64,000 nt of DNA from Escherichia phage BB1. Below are positions 40,747 through 51,115 of the stretch, in pieces. The stretch lies in the sequence record NC_106597.1, one strand, 5' to 3'. The notes beneath the pieces are model-generated. The model worked only from the letters and a program-made list of their open reading frames with translations, did not search any database and was not told the origin of the DNA. A program made the translations under genes and the position numbers. Each line of letters starts with the position of its first letter. Position 1 is the stretch's first letter.

Positions 40747-42063
40747 TTATTTACCACGGGAAATAGAGTAAATTCCATAGCGCAGCGCATCACAAAGGTG
40801 AGAGTTAGCATCATGACGTGGTTTTTCACGTGATAATTTCTCTTCACCCTCTTGGAAATCCCACTTGTAGTTCTGCAATGCATGGATTAATGAGGAACAT
40901 GAAGCATCTACAATAATCTTACCCTGCTGGAATAGCGCTTGCAAGCATGCTAGACCGTCTAGGACAGATTTTTTAGCTGGAGCTGATGCAATTTCATGTT
41001 CATAAGCTAAGTCCTGACGGAACTGAGCTGCGGCAGAGTCAACAAAAACACGATCAACTTTATAACGATCTATACAGTGCTGAATATACGCAGCATGCTG
41101 AGCTGTAGTTTTCTCCGCCTGCTGGTACTCTTCTAATACATAGTAAGTATCTGTATCATAGTGATATTTAATAGTAAGAACTGCTGTAGGGTCACGATAA
41201 CCAACGTCAATGCCAAGCAACGTTTCGAATGCCTCATCATCTTTAAAGAAGTGACGCATACCTTTGAGGTCTTTAACATGATCGATAGCATTAAAGGTAT
41301 CAAAGATCTGACCTTCGAATACAGAGAAGTCAGCCTCGTATTCCTGGCGGAAGTAGTTTTTACTAACTGTACGGCGTGCTTCCTCAATATCATTCAAGTC
41401 AGCACGCGGGTTATCACGATATGTACCATGAATAGATACCCAGTTAGGCAACGTATCATCAAATCCGTAGGCGTAAAACTCTTTAAACCAGTTACCTCCA
41501 CGAGGGGTGGAAATAAATAGAGCCTTAGAATTAGGTTTATCTAGAGTAGGACGCAGCTGAACCCTGAAGGCATCACCTCCCACATCGGAAATTGCCGCCT
41601 CGTCAAAAATGATAAAATCATATGAACGTCCAACTGCGGAGTCAGCCTGAGCCGCAGAAGCTAGTTTAAATAGAGAACCATTAGCTAACTCAATCTCTTT
41701 ATCTTTAGCGTTCTCACGTTCGGTTTGTAGGCCATACTTCTTAATGAGACCACGAATCTGAGACCATCCGATATTGGCCAGTGAGTAGTTAGGGGCAACT
41801 ACTAGCACCTTCACATTAGGTTCCAGCAATTTTAGGAACCCAAGAGTATATGCTATAAAGGATTTACCTACACGGCGTGACACACACGCCGTTACAAAAC
41901 GATGTCTAGGATCTTCTAGAGCATTGATAATTGCTATTTGAGGACCATTAGGTGTAATACCTTCTTGCGCTAGTATTCCCGAAACAGGCAGACGAAAGAA
42001 ACGTTTGTCTATTCCGAAATCAATAACATCTACTGTGTTAACGTAGGGTCTTGATACTTCCAT
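40747..42063 (-). CDS. terminase large subunit
   Basis: Walker A-like SRRVGKS; Walker B-like FIIFDEAA; 438 aa. Confidence 0.8.
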   Translation of the reverse strand: MEVSRPYVNTVDVIDFGIDKRFFRLPVSGILAQEGITPNGPQIAIINALEDPRHRFVTACVSRRVGKSFIAYTLGFLKLLEPNVKVLVVAPNYSLANIGWSQIRGLIKKYGLQTERENAKDKEIELANGSLFKLASAAQADSAVGRSYDFIIFDEAAISDVGGDAFRVQLRPTLDKPNSKALFISTPRGGNWFKEFYAYGFDDTLPNWVSIHGTYRDNPRADLNDIEEARRTVSKNYFRQEYEADFSVFEGQIFDTFNAIDHVKDLKGMRHFFKDDEAFETLLGIDVGYRDPTAVLTIKYHYDTDTYYVLEEYQQAEKTTAQHAAYIQHCIDRYKVDRVFVDSAAAQFRQDLAYEHEIASAPAKKSVLDGLACLQALFQQGKIIVDASCSSLIHALQNYKWDFQEGEEKLSREKPRHDANSHLCDALRYGIYSISRGK

Positions 42064-42545
42064 TACTTCTTACCTCCAGTAGCTAGGGAAGTAATTAAGT
42101 CCATGTAGTTTTGATCCCCGGCTCCAGCAATAATATTATTCTGGATATTGGTCTGACTAGCAGGAGCTCGGACGGCAGCTTTAGCTTTTTCTAGCTCCAC
42201 CATCATTTTCATCTCTTCCATCTTCATTTTATGTGCCTTCCATAGAATATCCATAATATCCTGGTCAGAACCCATGCCAGTTTCTTCCAGTTCCTCCAGC
42301 TTACGTTTAATAACTTCATCTAGAACACCGAACAAACGATCTCTGTTACGGAAACCACTTTCCATAAAAATATCGTTTAAATAGTTCTTAACTTCACTAC
42401 GATTCATAATATCTCGGAAAGCAATTTCGGACATTCCAAGACTACGTGCGGCAGAAGGCACATCGCTACCACACTGTAAATAAGCTTCAATTACATCCAT
42501 CCCTTCAGGGGACATAAGATCTGGTACTAATACATCATTTGCCAT
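42063..42545 (-). CDS. terminase small subunit (putative)
   Basis: 160 aa with N-terminal HTH-like segment ([21 protein letters not shown]); directly upstream of large subunit. Confidence 0.5.
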   Translation of the reverse strand: MANDVLVPDLMSPEGMDVIEAYLQCGSDVPSAARSLGMSEIAFRDIMNRSEVKNYLNDIFMESGFRNRDRLFGVLDEVIKRKLEELEETGMGSDQDIMDILWKAHKMKMEEMKMMVELEKAKAAVRAPASQTNIQNNIIAGAGDQNYMDLITSLATGGKK

Positions 42546-42555
42546 ATTTCCTCCT

Positions 42556-44328
42556 TTAGGTAAGGCGTTGAACTGTTACTCGTAGTCTCGGTAAGAAAAC
42601 TGCAGAACCTAAACTAACGTGTAGTATAACACCTAATTCTGCATTACCATTACCAAGATTTTTTATTGTATATATAAAACTGTTTCTACTAAAAGCTCCG
42701 CTATCTGGAGTATATTTATAAGCAGAAGTAGTATGGAAAGGCACTAATTTTCCAGGAGGAAGAACTAAAATTTGGTGAAATATAGCATCCCCTCCCGTAT
42801 AACTTTGTGATTTTCTTCCTTGCACCTGAAAAACACTACCATTCCACGTATTTACTGGTAACCCAGCAACATTAAGGTTACCCGATAATATTTCACTAGT
42901 TAGTATAACAGTAGAGTTATTATTTGGTAGGCCTAGTCCAACTGTTGCTAGTGATTTATAAACATTACCAGTGCCCGGATAGGTCGGAGTAATATCATTA
43001 CCAATATAGGCACTAGCCACATTACCGGATAATAGGCGTAAAGGTATTGATGAAGGTCCCCAGACAACACCATTCTCATTACCAATAGTATTATTATTAG
43101 AGTTTACATACCAGGTCTTACTAGCAGAGAACTTATAAATACTAAGTTGTGCTCTTGTACCACTATAGTTGACTGGTGCCCATATAGATCCTTTGTTAGA
43201 GCATACAAATTCACATCTTCCAGTAGTATCCCCAAACACCCCACCATGCGCAGCGTTTACTCCAATATACTCCATATCAGCACGAGAACTTAGATTCCCT
43301 AGAGCATTCTGATTAATAAACTTCCAACCAGTAGTAGATAACTTAACTCCCTTAATAGTAAAGTTGGACGGAGAAATTATTATGTCAGAACCTGTAAAGG
43401 GATTGCTAGAAACAGACATACTACCATTAGAATACCTTAGGTTCAGCACATACCATATAACTTTTGTAGGGGTTACTCCATAACCATCTTGAACTATTTT
43501 TGTATTAGCTGATTGACTTACTAACTTAGTAGTAGAACCTCTACAAACATATCTATACCCACCATCACTAAAGTGCTGTACTATATTGCTAGGGATTGTT
43601 TGTTTGTATCCAGCATACCCCCTAATATTAGAATTACATACATAAAACCAGTTGTGCCCACGTTTACCAGCCCCCATTGGAGCCATCCAGTTAGGATCCC
43701 AATAGTACGTATCACCTGAAGATATAGGAACAGAAGTACTTCCTATAGGATACCCTAGTTGTTTGAAAGTTTCAGCTACAGTAGCACCTACAGGTGCACC
43801 ACCACCTGGTCTTACAACACCATGATAAGTACTATGTAGTACAGTACCGCCAGTACCACTTCTAGCTATAGATTCTTCATGCCCTAGAGAACTATTATAG
43901 GAATAAGTACCTGAAGCTAGACTATTACCAAAAGCAAATCCAGCAGTTTGACTTAAGCTAGCAAATGATCTAAAAGGATCGGCCTGAGGATCGGCCTGAG
44001 TAGAAGAAAGAAACTGCCCAACTTGAGATTGAGTACCATTCAAAAAACCACGATGGGTACCATTAACTTCTATAGCTGTTAGTATAACTCTACCAGGATC
44101 ATTACTCTTTAAGTTAGCTATTGCAGAAGGCATCTGGCATACATAGAAACCATTCCCAGCACTACTTAATGCGCTCTCATAAGTGCTTTCTACTAATACG
44201 AAGGGCATATCAGAATGAAAAATAGTATTAGTACTAGGGTTTTTATGAGCATTAATATCTCCACCACTAGCAGTATTTAGTGATAATACAGTTTTACCAT
44301 CACTATATTTTCCAGCGAAAAAACCCAT
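42556..44328 (-). CDS. receptor-binding protein (pb5-like); receptor not determinable from sequence
   Basis: 590-aa ORF at the end of the late operon, divergent from an llp-like lipoprotein gene. Confidence 0.55.
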   Translation of the reverse strand: MGFFAGKYSDGKTVLSLNTASGGDINAHKNPSTNTIFHSDMPFVLVESTYESALSSAGNGFYVCQMPSAIANLKSNDPGRVILTAIEVNGTHRGFLNGTQSQVGQFLSSTQADPQADPFRSFASLSQTAGFAFGNSLASGTYSYNSSLGHEESIARSGTGGTVLHSTYHGVVRPGGGAPVGATVAETFKQLGYPIGSTSVPISSGDTYYWDPNWMAPMGAGKRGHNWFYVCNSNIRGYAGYKQTIPSNIVQHFSDGGYRYVCRGSTTKLVSQSANTKIVQDGYGVTPTKVIWYVLNLRYSNGSMSVSSNPFTGSDIIISPSNFTIKGVKLSTTGWKFINQNALGNLSSRADMEYIGVNAAHGGVFGDTTGRCEFVCSNKGSIWAPVNYSGTRAQLSIYKFSASKTWYVNSNNNTIGNENGVVWGPSSIPLRLLSGNVASAYIGNDITPTYPGTGNVYKSLATVGLGLPNNNSTVILTSEILSGNLNVAGLPVNTWNGSVFQVQGRKSQSYTGGDAIFHQILVLPPGKLVPFHTTSAYKYTPDSGAFSRNSFIYTIKNLGNGNAELGVILHVSLGSAVFLPRLRVTVQRLT

Positions 44329-44353
44329 ATAATCTCCTATTATAAAAATGTAT

Positions 44354-44382
44354 TTGCTTTCATCCCTCTATTTTGCTATAAT
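44354..44382 (+). promoter_or_regulatory. sigma70-type promoter driving llp
   Basis: -35 TTGCTT 44354-44359, 17-bp spacer, -10 TATAAT 44377-44382, then AGATTCATAAATT. Confidence 0.6.
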
Positions 44383-44413
44383 AGATTCATAAATTAGAAA
44401 TGGAGAGATAAAT

Positions 44414-44680
44414 ATGAAAAAGTTTGTGATTGCACTAGTTGCCGCAGTTATGTTATCTGGTTGTGCACCTGCTCCCAAACCATTTTGTACAGGATTTGTA
44501 AAATCTTTTGGTGGTGTGGGAGAAGAACATTACGGTCTCAAGGTTCAAAAAGTTCGTATTAAGGGAGATCGCTTTCCAGTAGTACAGCTCCGTACTAAGT
44601 TTGGATGGTGGGATCTCAGTCAGTTTGACCTTAAATATGGTGATTGTAAATTTAAACTAGAACAATCTAATTACCTGTAA
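44414..44680 (+). CDS. llp: lipoprotein, Llp-like (receptor-blocking superinfection exclusion)
   Basis: Signal peptide with lipobox LSGC; divergent from receptor-binding gene; driven by a T5-type consensus promoter. Confidence 0.7.
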   Translation: MKKFVIALVAAVMLSGCAPAPKPFCTGFVKSFGGVGEEHYGLKVQKVRIKGDRFPVVQLRTKFGWWDLSQFDLKYGDCKFKLEQSNYL

Positions 44681-44727
44681 TTAGTATAAAACAAAAAGAC
44701 ATCCAAGTAAACTAAATTTTTTATTTC

Positions 44728-45066
44728 TTGGATGGTGTACTGGCAGAAAACACTATGCAAGAAAATGAGAAGCCCTTCCAGGAACCCATGCCACTTGAGA
44801 TGAATCCTAGGGCAAAAGCAGTTCATGATGCAATTAATGAAATCATTCAGGATGTCATACAAGACACTATGGAAGATGTAATGGGAACATCATTTCTTCT
44901 AGAAGAATCTGGATTTGATGAAATGATGGATCTCGTAGGAACAGTTATAATGGTTCGTGCAATTGCTAGAATATTCCAAATACCACATTTACGGGAGCAT
45001 GAAAGACATGTCAAACGGCAACAAAAGAAAGAACAGGCGCGGAGAAGTGTACGAAGCGTGGATTAA
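44728..45066 (+). CDS. hypothetical acidic protein
   Basis: ORF; start uncertain (ATG 44728 or 44755). Confidence 0.35.
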   Translation: MDGVLAENTMQENEKPFQEPMPLEMNPRAKAVHDAINEIIQDVIQDTMEDVMGTSFLLEESGFDEMMDLVGTVIMVRAIARIFQIPHLREHERHVKRQQKKEQARRSVRSVD

Positions 45067-45245
45067 CATTTACGGATTTGGCTTTGTATTATTCCTAATC
45101 TTCGTAGGTTTTTGGTTAGCAGCTATGGCGGGGTGGATCTAATGGAATGGGTAATTATTGCACTACTGGGGATTGTGATTATTGGGCAGTGTATTTTAGA
45201 TAATCACTTAGCTAGAATTGAAACCTTACTATCGGAGAAACGTAA

Positions 45246-45440
45246 ATGATGGAAGTGGCAGTTACACTAATAGTAATATTAGTCTGGGTAATCCTCATTG
45301 CCTCTCGTATCGTGTATATTCGCCTAAAAACTCTAGAAGCCCAGGTAAAACAACAACAAGTTGCGCTAGAAAAGCTAGTACTACTGCAACGGTGTGATAG
45401 CACCCGTATTCTGCAAATTGAGAAGGAATTAGATGTTTAG
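45246..45440 (+). CDS. small membrane protein
   Basis: N-terminal hydrophobic helix then coiled-coil-like tail. Confidence 0.35.
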   Translation: MMEVAVTLIVILVWVILIASRIVYIRLKTLEAQVKQQQVALEKLVLLQRCDSTRILQIEKELDV

Positions 45441-45678
45441 TATTGTAATTGCTTTTATTATCGGGATACTCGCTGGAGTTTTCGGGACGACTGCGGCAAT
45501 CAATAAGCATCGGGAATATATTGCGGGAGTGACGCGGGAGATTGCGGAAAGGGAGCGGAAGTTTGACGAGAAACGTGCGGAGTTTGAGCGGAAGTGGTCG
45601 GATGGATCTCGGGCGTCGCGGAAGAGATTCCGTGAGTTCAGACCAGAACACAGGTTTGATGACCCTTCTATGCGCTAA
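45433..45678 (+). CDS. small membrane protein
   Basis: N-terminal TM helix, basic C-terminus. Confidence 0.4.
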   Translation: MFSIVIAFIIGILAGVFGTTAAINKHREYIAGVTREIAERERKFDEKRAEFERKWSDGSRASRKRFREFRPEHRFDDPSMR

Positions 45679-45843
45679 TTTGGAAATCTCGAAATTTCAT
45701 AAGATTACACATGGAGGTGTGCCCAGTGGGTCGGGGGAGAATACTTAGTCTGCTAACCGCCACCCCCCGTTACTATTAGCAGGGTAATTGTTTCATCCTG
45801 CAACCATTTTAATCGCAGGATGAAATTATTTCAACTTTAATTA

Positions 45844-46578
45844 TTACGCAACTTTTAATTTCTCAATATATTGTTGCGGGCTGCAACTATATTCTGCGCG
45901 TTCTTCCTCGGTCATACCTTCCCAGCATAGTTTTAAACGGTCAGCTAGGAATTGATAATCATTATCATCGTCGAGCGATTCATCAATAAAGGTTTCACCT
46001 ATTAATGTTACACCTATTGATAGAATATCATTAACGGCTTGCGCGTCCAGCGTTTTAAATCCGTATGATGCTGCCGCCGATAGCACACCTTTATGATCAT
46101 CAATCATTGTAAAATCAGCGTTCGGATATAACTGTTTAAATAATTCAAAATAATAAGATTTATATACTGCGTCTTTGCTGTGGTATATTTCGCTAACTTT
46201 ATCAGCTTTAAAATATTTATGCAGTGTGTCGCGGGAAAATACGCGGATATTGCTATTTCCTCGACCTCGCAAGCCTTGTTTGCGCAAGAAATAATAGTCC
46301 GACTTACTCATCAATCGAGCGGTGCAAATAATGTTTAAAGTATTTGCATCATTCATGCACTGGCGCATATATTCAACCAATGGCAATAAAGTATCTTGCA
46401 TTATTAAATGATGTTTGCAGGCTTCATTTTTATATTTATTTAAATCTAAATTGCCCTCATTATCAAAGCAAGGCGCTACACGATGGAAAGAATTAACGAT
46501 AGTGCCGTCTAAATCCCAAATCATGACGCGGGAAATATGCGGGAAATTACGGAAAGAATTAATAATAGATTTATTCAT
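45844..46578 (-). CDS. dmp: HAD-family 5'-deoxynucleotidase (Dmp-like)
   Basis: HAD motif I near N-terminus (MIWDLDGTIVNS); 244 aa; GC-richer codon usage. Confidence 0.7.
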   Translation of the reverse strand: MNKSIINSFRNFPHISRVMIWDLDGTIVNSFHRVAPCFDNEGNLDLNKYKNEACKHHLIMQDTLLPLVEYMRQCMNDANTLNIICTARLMSKSDYYFLRKQGLRGRGNSNIRVFSRDTLHKYFKADKVSEIYHSKDAVYKSYYFELFKQLYPNADFTMIDDHKGVLSAAASYGFKTLDAQAVNDILSIGVTLIGETFIDESLDDDNDYQFLADRLKLCWEGMTEEERAEYSCSPQQYIEKLKVA

Positions 46579-46657
46579 TTGTTACGTTCTCCATTAAAGG
46601 GATTTAGTTATTTCAGCATTACCCGCTATTTATAAGCGGGTAATAATAAATTAACTA

Positions 46658-47053
46658 TTAAAGACCATAAGCCAACGCATCGGCAATAAAACTAACATCC
46701 TCACCTGATACGCTGGAACGAATACCAGCACAAGTATATACTTTTGCACTGATCAATTGATCATCAAGGCAAGCGGGGCAAGGCGCGACAACTGCAAAGG
46801 CAAGGCCGGATTTTACGGCGTCGATGATAATCGTTTCTTGCTTCACCGTATCAACATAAACACCTTTTGCTTTAATATGACTGGTTAGTTTGCCCTGCGT
46901 ATATGCGAATGTTGTAACCTGTAAAGCGTCATTGAAATCTAATAGATCATCAATAACATGCCCCGCCTCGACGTGGTAACGTTCGCCGTTAGAATAAACC
47001 AGAACAATTGAGGATTGAGCGCGGTCAAATGGGATGCGATTAGATTTAGCCAT
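46658..47053 (-). CDS. pre-early hypothetical protein
   Basis: 131-aa ORF with GGAG RBS; preceded by GC-rich hairpin. Confidence 0.5.
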   Translation of the reverse strand: MAKSNRIPFDRAQSSIVLVYSNGERYHVEAGHVIDDLLDFNDALQVTTFAYTQGKLTSHIKAKGVYVDTVKQETIIIDAVKSGLAFAVVAPCPACLDDQLISAKVYTCAGIRSSVSGEDVSFIADALAYGL

Positions 47054-47089
47054 GTTTATAACTCCAGTTATTTTAATAAGGAATTTAAT

Positions 47090-47347
47090 TTATTTGATAA
47101 TAATCTGCATTTGGTACGGCGTTAATTCACCGTTTACGGGTAAATTATTATCACTCAACCATTCATAAAAAGCGTCATCATCATCAAAAGGAACAACATC
47201 ATTATCACGATAATCGACCGTAATAATACCATCAGTATTAGTTTTAGCGGCTAGGATAGGCCCGAAGCTGTAAACTTTATCGGATTCCATTTCATCCGGT
47301 GAAATGAATGCTTTTTCGTCCAATGTTTTGGGTAGTGTAACTTTCAT
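47090..47347 (-). CDS. pre-early hypothetical protein
   Basis: Start moved to ATG 47347 (AGGAG 7 nt upstream); track ORF begins at TTG 47380. Confidence 0.45.
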   Translation of the reverse strand: MKVTLPKTLDEKAFISPDEMESDKVYSFGPILAAKTNTDGIITVDYRDNDVVPFDDDDAFYEWLSDNNLPVNGELTPYQMQIIIK

Positions 47348-47401
47348 TTTTTGACTCCTGTAATAGCGGCTATATTTCAAGCCGCTAGGGGAATAATTTA
47401 A

Positions 47402-49066
47402 TTATGCGAAGAATTTACCATTCTTAAAGTCGATCAAAGTACGCTGACCGTTTGCATAGGTAATTAAATGCGTTTGCGTCCAGCTTGACGCGCCAACGTT
47501 GTAACCCATATCCAGACTACCAGCTACTCCAGCGGTATAAACGCCACCGTAAATGCTAGCGGTATGGGTGTGTCCCGTGTTTAGCTTGCCCAATTTCTTA
47601 AACTGTTTAGGATTGCCACGACTGCCGTTAATGCCGTTGTGACCGTGTACACCGCACTCAATGCCTGCAATCTTGAAAGATTGGTCAGTGGTTAGGAAAA
47701 TGGCGTTAAACTCACAACCTGCAACCTTGCGCAGCGCATAATCTAGCACGTTAAAAGTATCATCATGATCACTGATCGCCGCGTAAATTGCAGCATTCAG
47801 GCGGTGATATAGTTCGGCGTTGGCTGGATCGTCTTTGATGTTAGCATTACGATCATCTAACCAGCGGGATAGCGCCAAATCGTGATTAGATTCAACAATG
47901 ATTGTTTGAGAGAAATCACGTTCCATTGATTCCAGCACGCGCCCCGTATCGATAAGATCATCCAGAACTTTATCACGTCCAGCGGCATACTGTTTTGCTA
48001 GGAATACACCGGATGCACGGTTATGATGATTGCGCGATGTAAAATCATGCACGTCATGAATAAACTGATATTTAGGTTTAAGAATATCAAGCAAGCTATT
48101 TTCGCCAGCCCATGACGCAACGGCACAATCATCATCTAATTTTTCGGCGTGAATATCGCCATATTGCAAGCCTAAAACATGCCCCGACGTTTCATAGCAT
48201 CCAGCAGGAGTAGCGCAAACATTCAGATCATAAAACACCCCGCTTTCATCCATCGTTTCAAGCTGGCGAACAAAAAATTCCCCGTCGTCGTCGAACTCAA
48301 CAATAAGCGCACCGAAGTTATGCAGCGCCTCGGCCTTTTGTCCTGCTTTCTGCTGAATGTAGTTTTTGAGCGTTGCCGTTCCGGTTGAATACATACGGCG
48401 CACTACTTCACCTTTTAAAGCTGGCACGCTTTCAGCGGTAATTTTAGCGTGACCAATTGCCAGCCCTTCAATATTTAAAGCCGTTGCAGTTTCTGCAAAT
48501 CCTGAAAGCGGATAGTCTGCGGTAGGCAAAACATTAATTTCAGCCATGAAAGCAAAACGGCGGTTATTTAAAAACACGTTTTTGCTGCAAATATATTTAT
48601 CAAATGCGGGATCGTATTTGATACCGTCTGCACCTTCTCCATTCTGGAAGCCGTTTTTATTATAAATATACTTAGAAACAAGCAAATCAGCACCGATATA
48701 TTCAGCGAATTTTTCCAGACTTGCTAAAAAGTTTTTATGTGGGAAAGTATTATTCTGAATCGACGTAATAATAAAGCGTTTACCCTGTTTTACTTCCCAT
48801 TGCTCAACCGTACTAGAAACAATCCCCGCCGCTTCTGGGCGCTCATCGTTTTTAATGGCTTTTGCTACTTTTGCCGCTTTCGGTTTAGCTGGTTTATTTG
48901 CTTCCAGCCAGTCGCAGATAGCGGTTGAATGCTTCGTTGTATCGTAGACCGCTTTTGATATATCGTCGCAGACTTCCAGTTTAGTAGCGCGCAGACGTTT
49001 ACCATAGAAATTAAAGTCAGCGGCCATTTTCAGGATAACGGTTTGTTTTTCTGCGGAAATAATCAT
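47402..49066 (-). CDS. A1: A1-like pre-early protein with metallophosphoesterase motifs
   Basis: 554 aa; GDIH, SNHD and GHTH motifs in calcineurin-like order. Confidence 0.65.
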   Translation of the reverse strand: MIISAEKQTVILKMAADFNFYGKRLRATKLEVCDDISKAVYDTTKHSTAICDWLEANKPAKPKAAKVAKAIKNDERPEAAGIVSSTVEQWEVKQGKRFIITSIQNNTFPHKNFLASLEKFAEYIGADLLVSKYIYNKNGFQNGEGADGIKYDPAFDKYICSKNVFLNNRRFAFMAEINVLPTADYPLSGFAETATALNIEGLAIGHAKITAESVPALKGEVVRRMYSTGTATLKNYIQQKAGQKAEALHNFGALIVEFDDDGEFFVRQLETMDESGVFYDLNVCATPAGCYETSGHVLGLQYGDIHAEKLDDDCAVASWAGENSLLDILKPKYQFIHDVHDFTSRNHHNRASGVFLAKQYAAGRDKVLDDLIDTGRVLESMERDFSQTIIVESNHDLALSRWLDDRNANIKDDPANAELYHRLNAAIYAAISDHDDTFNVLDYALRKVAGCEFNAIFLTTDQSFKIAGIECGVHGHNGINGSRGNPKQFKKLGKLNTGHTHTASIYGGVYTAGVAGSLDMGYNVGASSWTQTHLITYANGQRTLIDFKNGKFFA

Positions 49067-49156
49067 AGTAATAAAACTCCATTAAAGGGATTAGATTAAT
49101 AACGGCAATATTGCCAAATATAACGCCTCAAATAATAGGCGTTATAATTTGCAACA

Positions 49157-49354
49157 TTAATTTAAAGGCACTAGGCTAGAACTAACACCACAAGCAACGG
49201 CAGCGATAAAACAAAGCAAGCCCAAACGTTTTGCTAACTTAGATTTACGTTTAAAATAATATGAATCTAAATCATTTTGAAAATAAGCAAATAATAATGA
49301 GGCCGCCATAATAAACAAGCCTAGAATTAATGATTCAGTAGGAAAGAAAATCAT
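49157..49354 (-). CDS. small membrane protein (two predicted TM helices)
   Basis: 65-aa ORF with conserved upstream RBS element. Confidence 0.4.
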   Translation of the reverse strand: MIFFPTESLILGLFIMAASLLFAYFQNDLDSYYFKRKSKLAKRLGLLCFIAAVACGVSSSLVPLN

Positions 49355-49445
49355 TTTTTAAAACTCCTGATTTAAGGGAAGAAAATAACTATCGCTAAAC
49401 AGTTATATTATTGCCCCCTCACTAAAAGGGGGCAAGGTATAACTA

Positions 49446-49853
49446 TTATTCGCCTGCGGCTTGTTTTACTTCATCGGCAACGCCTAACAGTTGCGCTACT
49501 GCGTCCAGCGTTTCAAGTTTTGCACTTTCCAGACTTGCCAGATCGTCGGCGTCTTTGATAATGCCGGAATCAATAGCATGTTTAGCGATAACGCGCACAT
49601 AGTGAGCTTTACGCACAGAGCTACCGCCACCAACTTTACGCGGCTTATCGCTTTTTTGATAGGCTTTTGCACTGGTCAATTTTGAGCGAACGGATACAGG
49701 GGAAGCCGCGCCAACTGCTTTTGCAATCTCTTTTAAACCGTCGCTATTTGCGAAATCTAAACCGTTTTCATTAATTAACTGCTGATACATGGAAACAGCT
49801 TTCTGAGTGTTTTCTTCATTCCATGCGAATTTTGCGGTTTTAACGTTAGTCAT
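49446..49853 (-). CDS. putative DNA-binding protein (A2 candidate; shares motif with ORFs 300..710 and 3436..4203)
   Basis: 135 aa; basic stretch KPRKVGGGSSVRKAHYVR and HTH-like motif; conserved upstream RBS element. Confidence 0.4.
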   Translation of the reverse strand: MTNVKTAKFAWNEENTQKAVSMYQQLINENGLDFANSDGLKEIAKAVGAASPVSVRSKLTSAKAYQKSDKPRKVGGGSSVRKAHYVRVIAKHAIDSGIIKDADDLASLESAKLETLDAVAQLLGVADEVKQAAGE

Positions 49854-49951
49854 GATATAAACTCCTATTAGTTTAATTTAAGGGATTAGATTAACTTAAT
49901 GTTAATCGTTATATCCCCCTGAAATAAGGGGGATATAAAGTTAACACTAAA

Positions 49952-50203
49952 TTACAGAACAGCTTCCCATTTTTCGTTACGTTGAACAACCTTTACAACG
50001 TCGCCGGATTTAACGCGAACGTTAAAAACAGGTTTGCCGTTGTTACTACGTTCATTTTCAACATATACCGCGTCGATTGTATCAAACGGCATAAGCGCCG
50101 CGCCTTTAATACGTTCGGCCTTTCCGGTTAATTCATCCGTTTTAGTAACGAAAGGAATAAAAACGGATTGACCAATTTTTGGCGCGGTAATAACGTTTTG
50201 CAT
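49952..50203 (-). CDS. pre-early hypothetical protein
   Basis: 83-aa ORF with GGAG RBS; downstream of a large palindrome. Confidence 0.45.
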   Translation of the reverse strand: MQNVITAPKIGQSVFIPFVTKTDELTGKAERIKGAALMPFDTIDAVYVENERSNNGKPVFNVRVKSGDVVKVVQRNEKWEAVL

Positions 50204-50227
50204 AATATAAACTCCGAGTTATTTGGT

Positions 50228-50278
50228 GGATTGTTCCGCATTACCTGCTAGAAAGTAGCAGGTAATAAGTAACAATCC
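50228..50278. repeat. 51-bp compound palindrome
   Basis: GGATTGTT-CCGC-ATTACCTGCTA-GAAAG-TAGCAGGTAAT-AAGT-AACAATCC. Confidence 0.6.
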
Positions 50279-50406
50279 GCTCGCCAGTATAATCGATTTA
50301 AAGAACTCCACGTAGGCCGCTATATCCCAGTTAGGGGGCGGGATGCATTATGGTAAGCACCGACCGTCAAATTTTATCAAGTTATCGCTCTTATCGAACT
50401 GGGTAC

Positions 50407-50435
50407 ATCTTAAAACCTATCGGCTAGGTTGTCAA
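50407..50435 (-). promoter_or_regulatory. candidate sigma70 promoter for leftward pre-early transcription
   Basis: Minus strand -35 TTGACA (50430-50435), 17-bp spacer, -10 TAAGAT (50407-50412). Confidence 0.3.
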
Positions 50436-50635
50436 GCGGTTTTTTGCAGTTTTTTATGATTTTCTTTCAAGTCAATCATAATATTTCGCCAGATCATTTC
50501 TAAACCTTGCTGGCGACCTTTCTTGTACTGCGTGAATCTATATTTTACTGATCTTTGTGCTACTGTCAACAAGTTTTTTGTTTTGCTATCTAGTGCCTTA
50601 ATAGGCTTGCCAGTGATCAAAAGCGTTTGTTTCAT
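50432..50635 (-). CDS. hypothetical basic protein
   Basis: 67-aa ORF, first gene of the leftward operon. Confidence 0.35.
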   Translation of the reverse strand: MKQTLLITGKPIKALDSKTKNLLTVAQRSVKYRFTQYKKGRQQGLEMIWRNIMIDLKENHKKLQKTA

Positions 50636-51082
50636 ATCGTCGATTCCTTATAATGAATAAGTTTACCGCCGATAGGCTTTAAGATGTACCCAATTTTTAA
50701 AGAGCGTGGCGGTAAACTTCCCGCCGTGTAGTTCGTCATTGCCGCCCTACGAAATAAATAATAGGGGATTCCCGAAAATGGCGCAACCTTATTTTTGTAA
50801 AGAAACGTAAAGACACGATCCACCGGACGGCGTGCGGCGACGGCCTAAAATTAAAAGAAACGGGCGCGCGAATACCACAAAACATAGCAAATAGGCAAGT
50901 AATTTTTTCATTTATATTTACTTTGCCCTACTTGACAAAACCTAAAAAGCTCGTGACAGCGATAAACGGCTTATCCCTTTATGATGAGATGGCTAAAAAC
51001 TTCATCGCGTTCTAGGGCGTTTTAGGCGCATTCTAGCCTTGTTGATAACTTATCCCCAGAAGCAAAAATGAAATTTTCCTAG

Positions 51083-51115
51083 TTATCCACTTGACTTTTA
51101 TTTTCCAGTGGATAA
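51083..51115. promoter_or_regulatory. inverted pair of DnaA-box-like 9-mers
   Basis: TTATCCACT ... AGTGGATAA separated by 15 bp. Confidence 0.5.

Noticed and set aside
38265-41520. ORFs 38265..38447, 39309..39491, 39527..39814, 41133..41393, 41161..41520
   Set aside because: Lie within or antisense to protease, portal and terminase genes; no supporting signals.
44671-45748. ORFs 44671..44862 (-), 44957..45142 (+), 45212..45403 (-), 45295..45651 (-), 45542..45748 (+)
   Set aside because: Overlap better-supported + strand small genes in other frames; kept only the non-overlapping set with hydrophobic N-termini.
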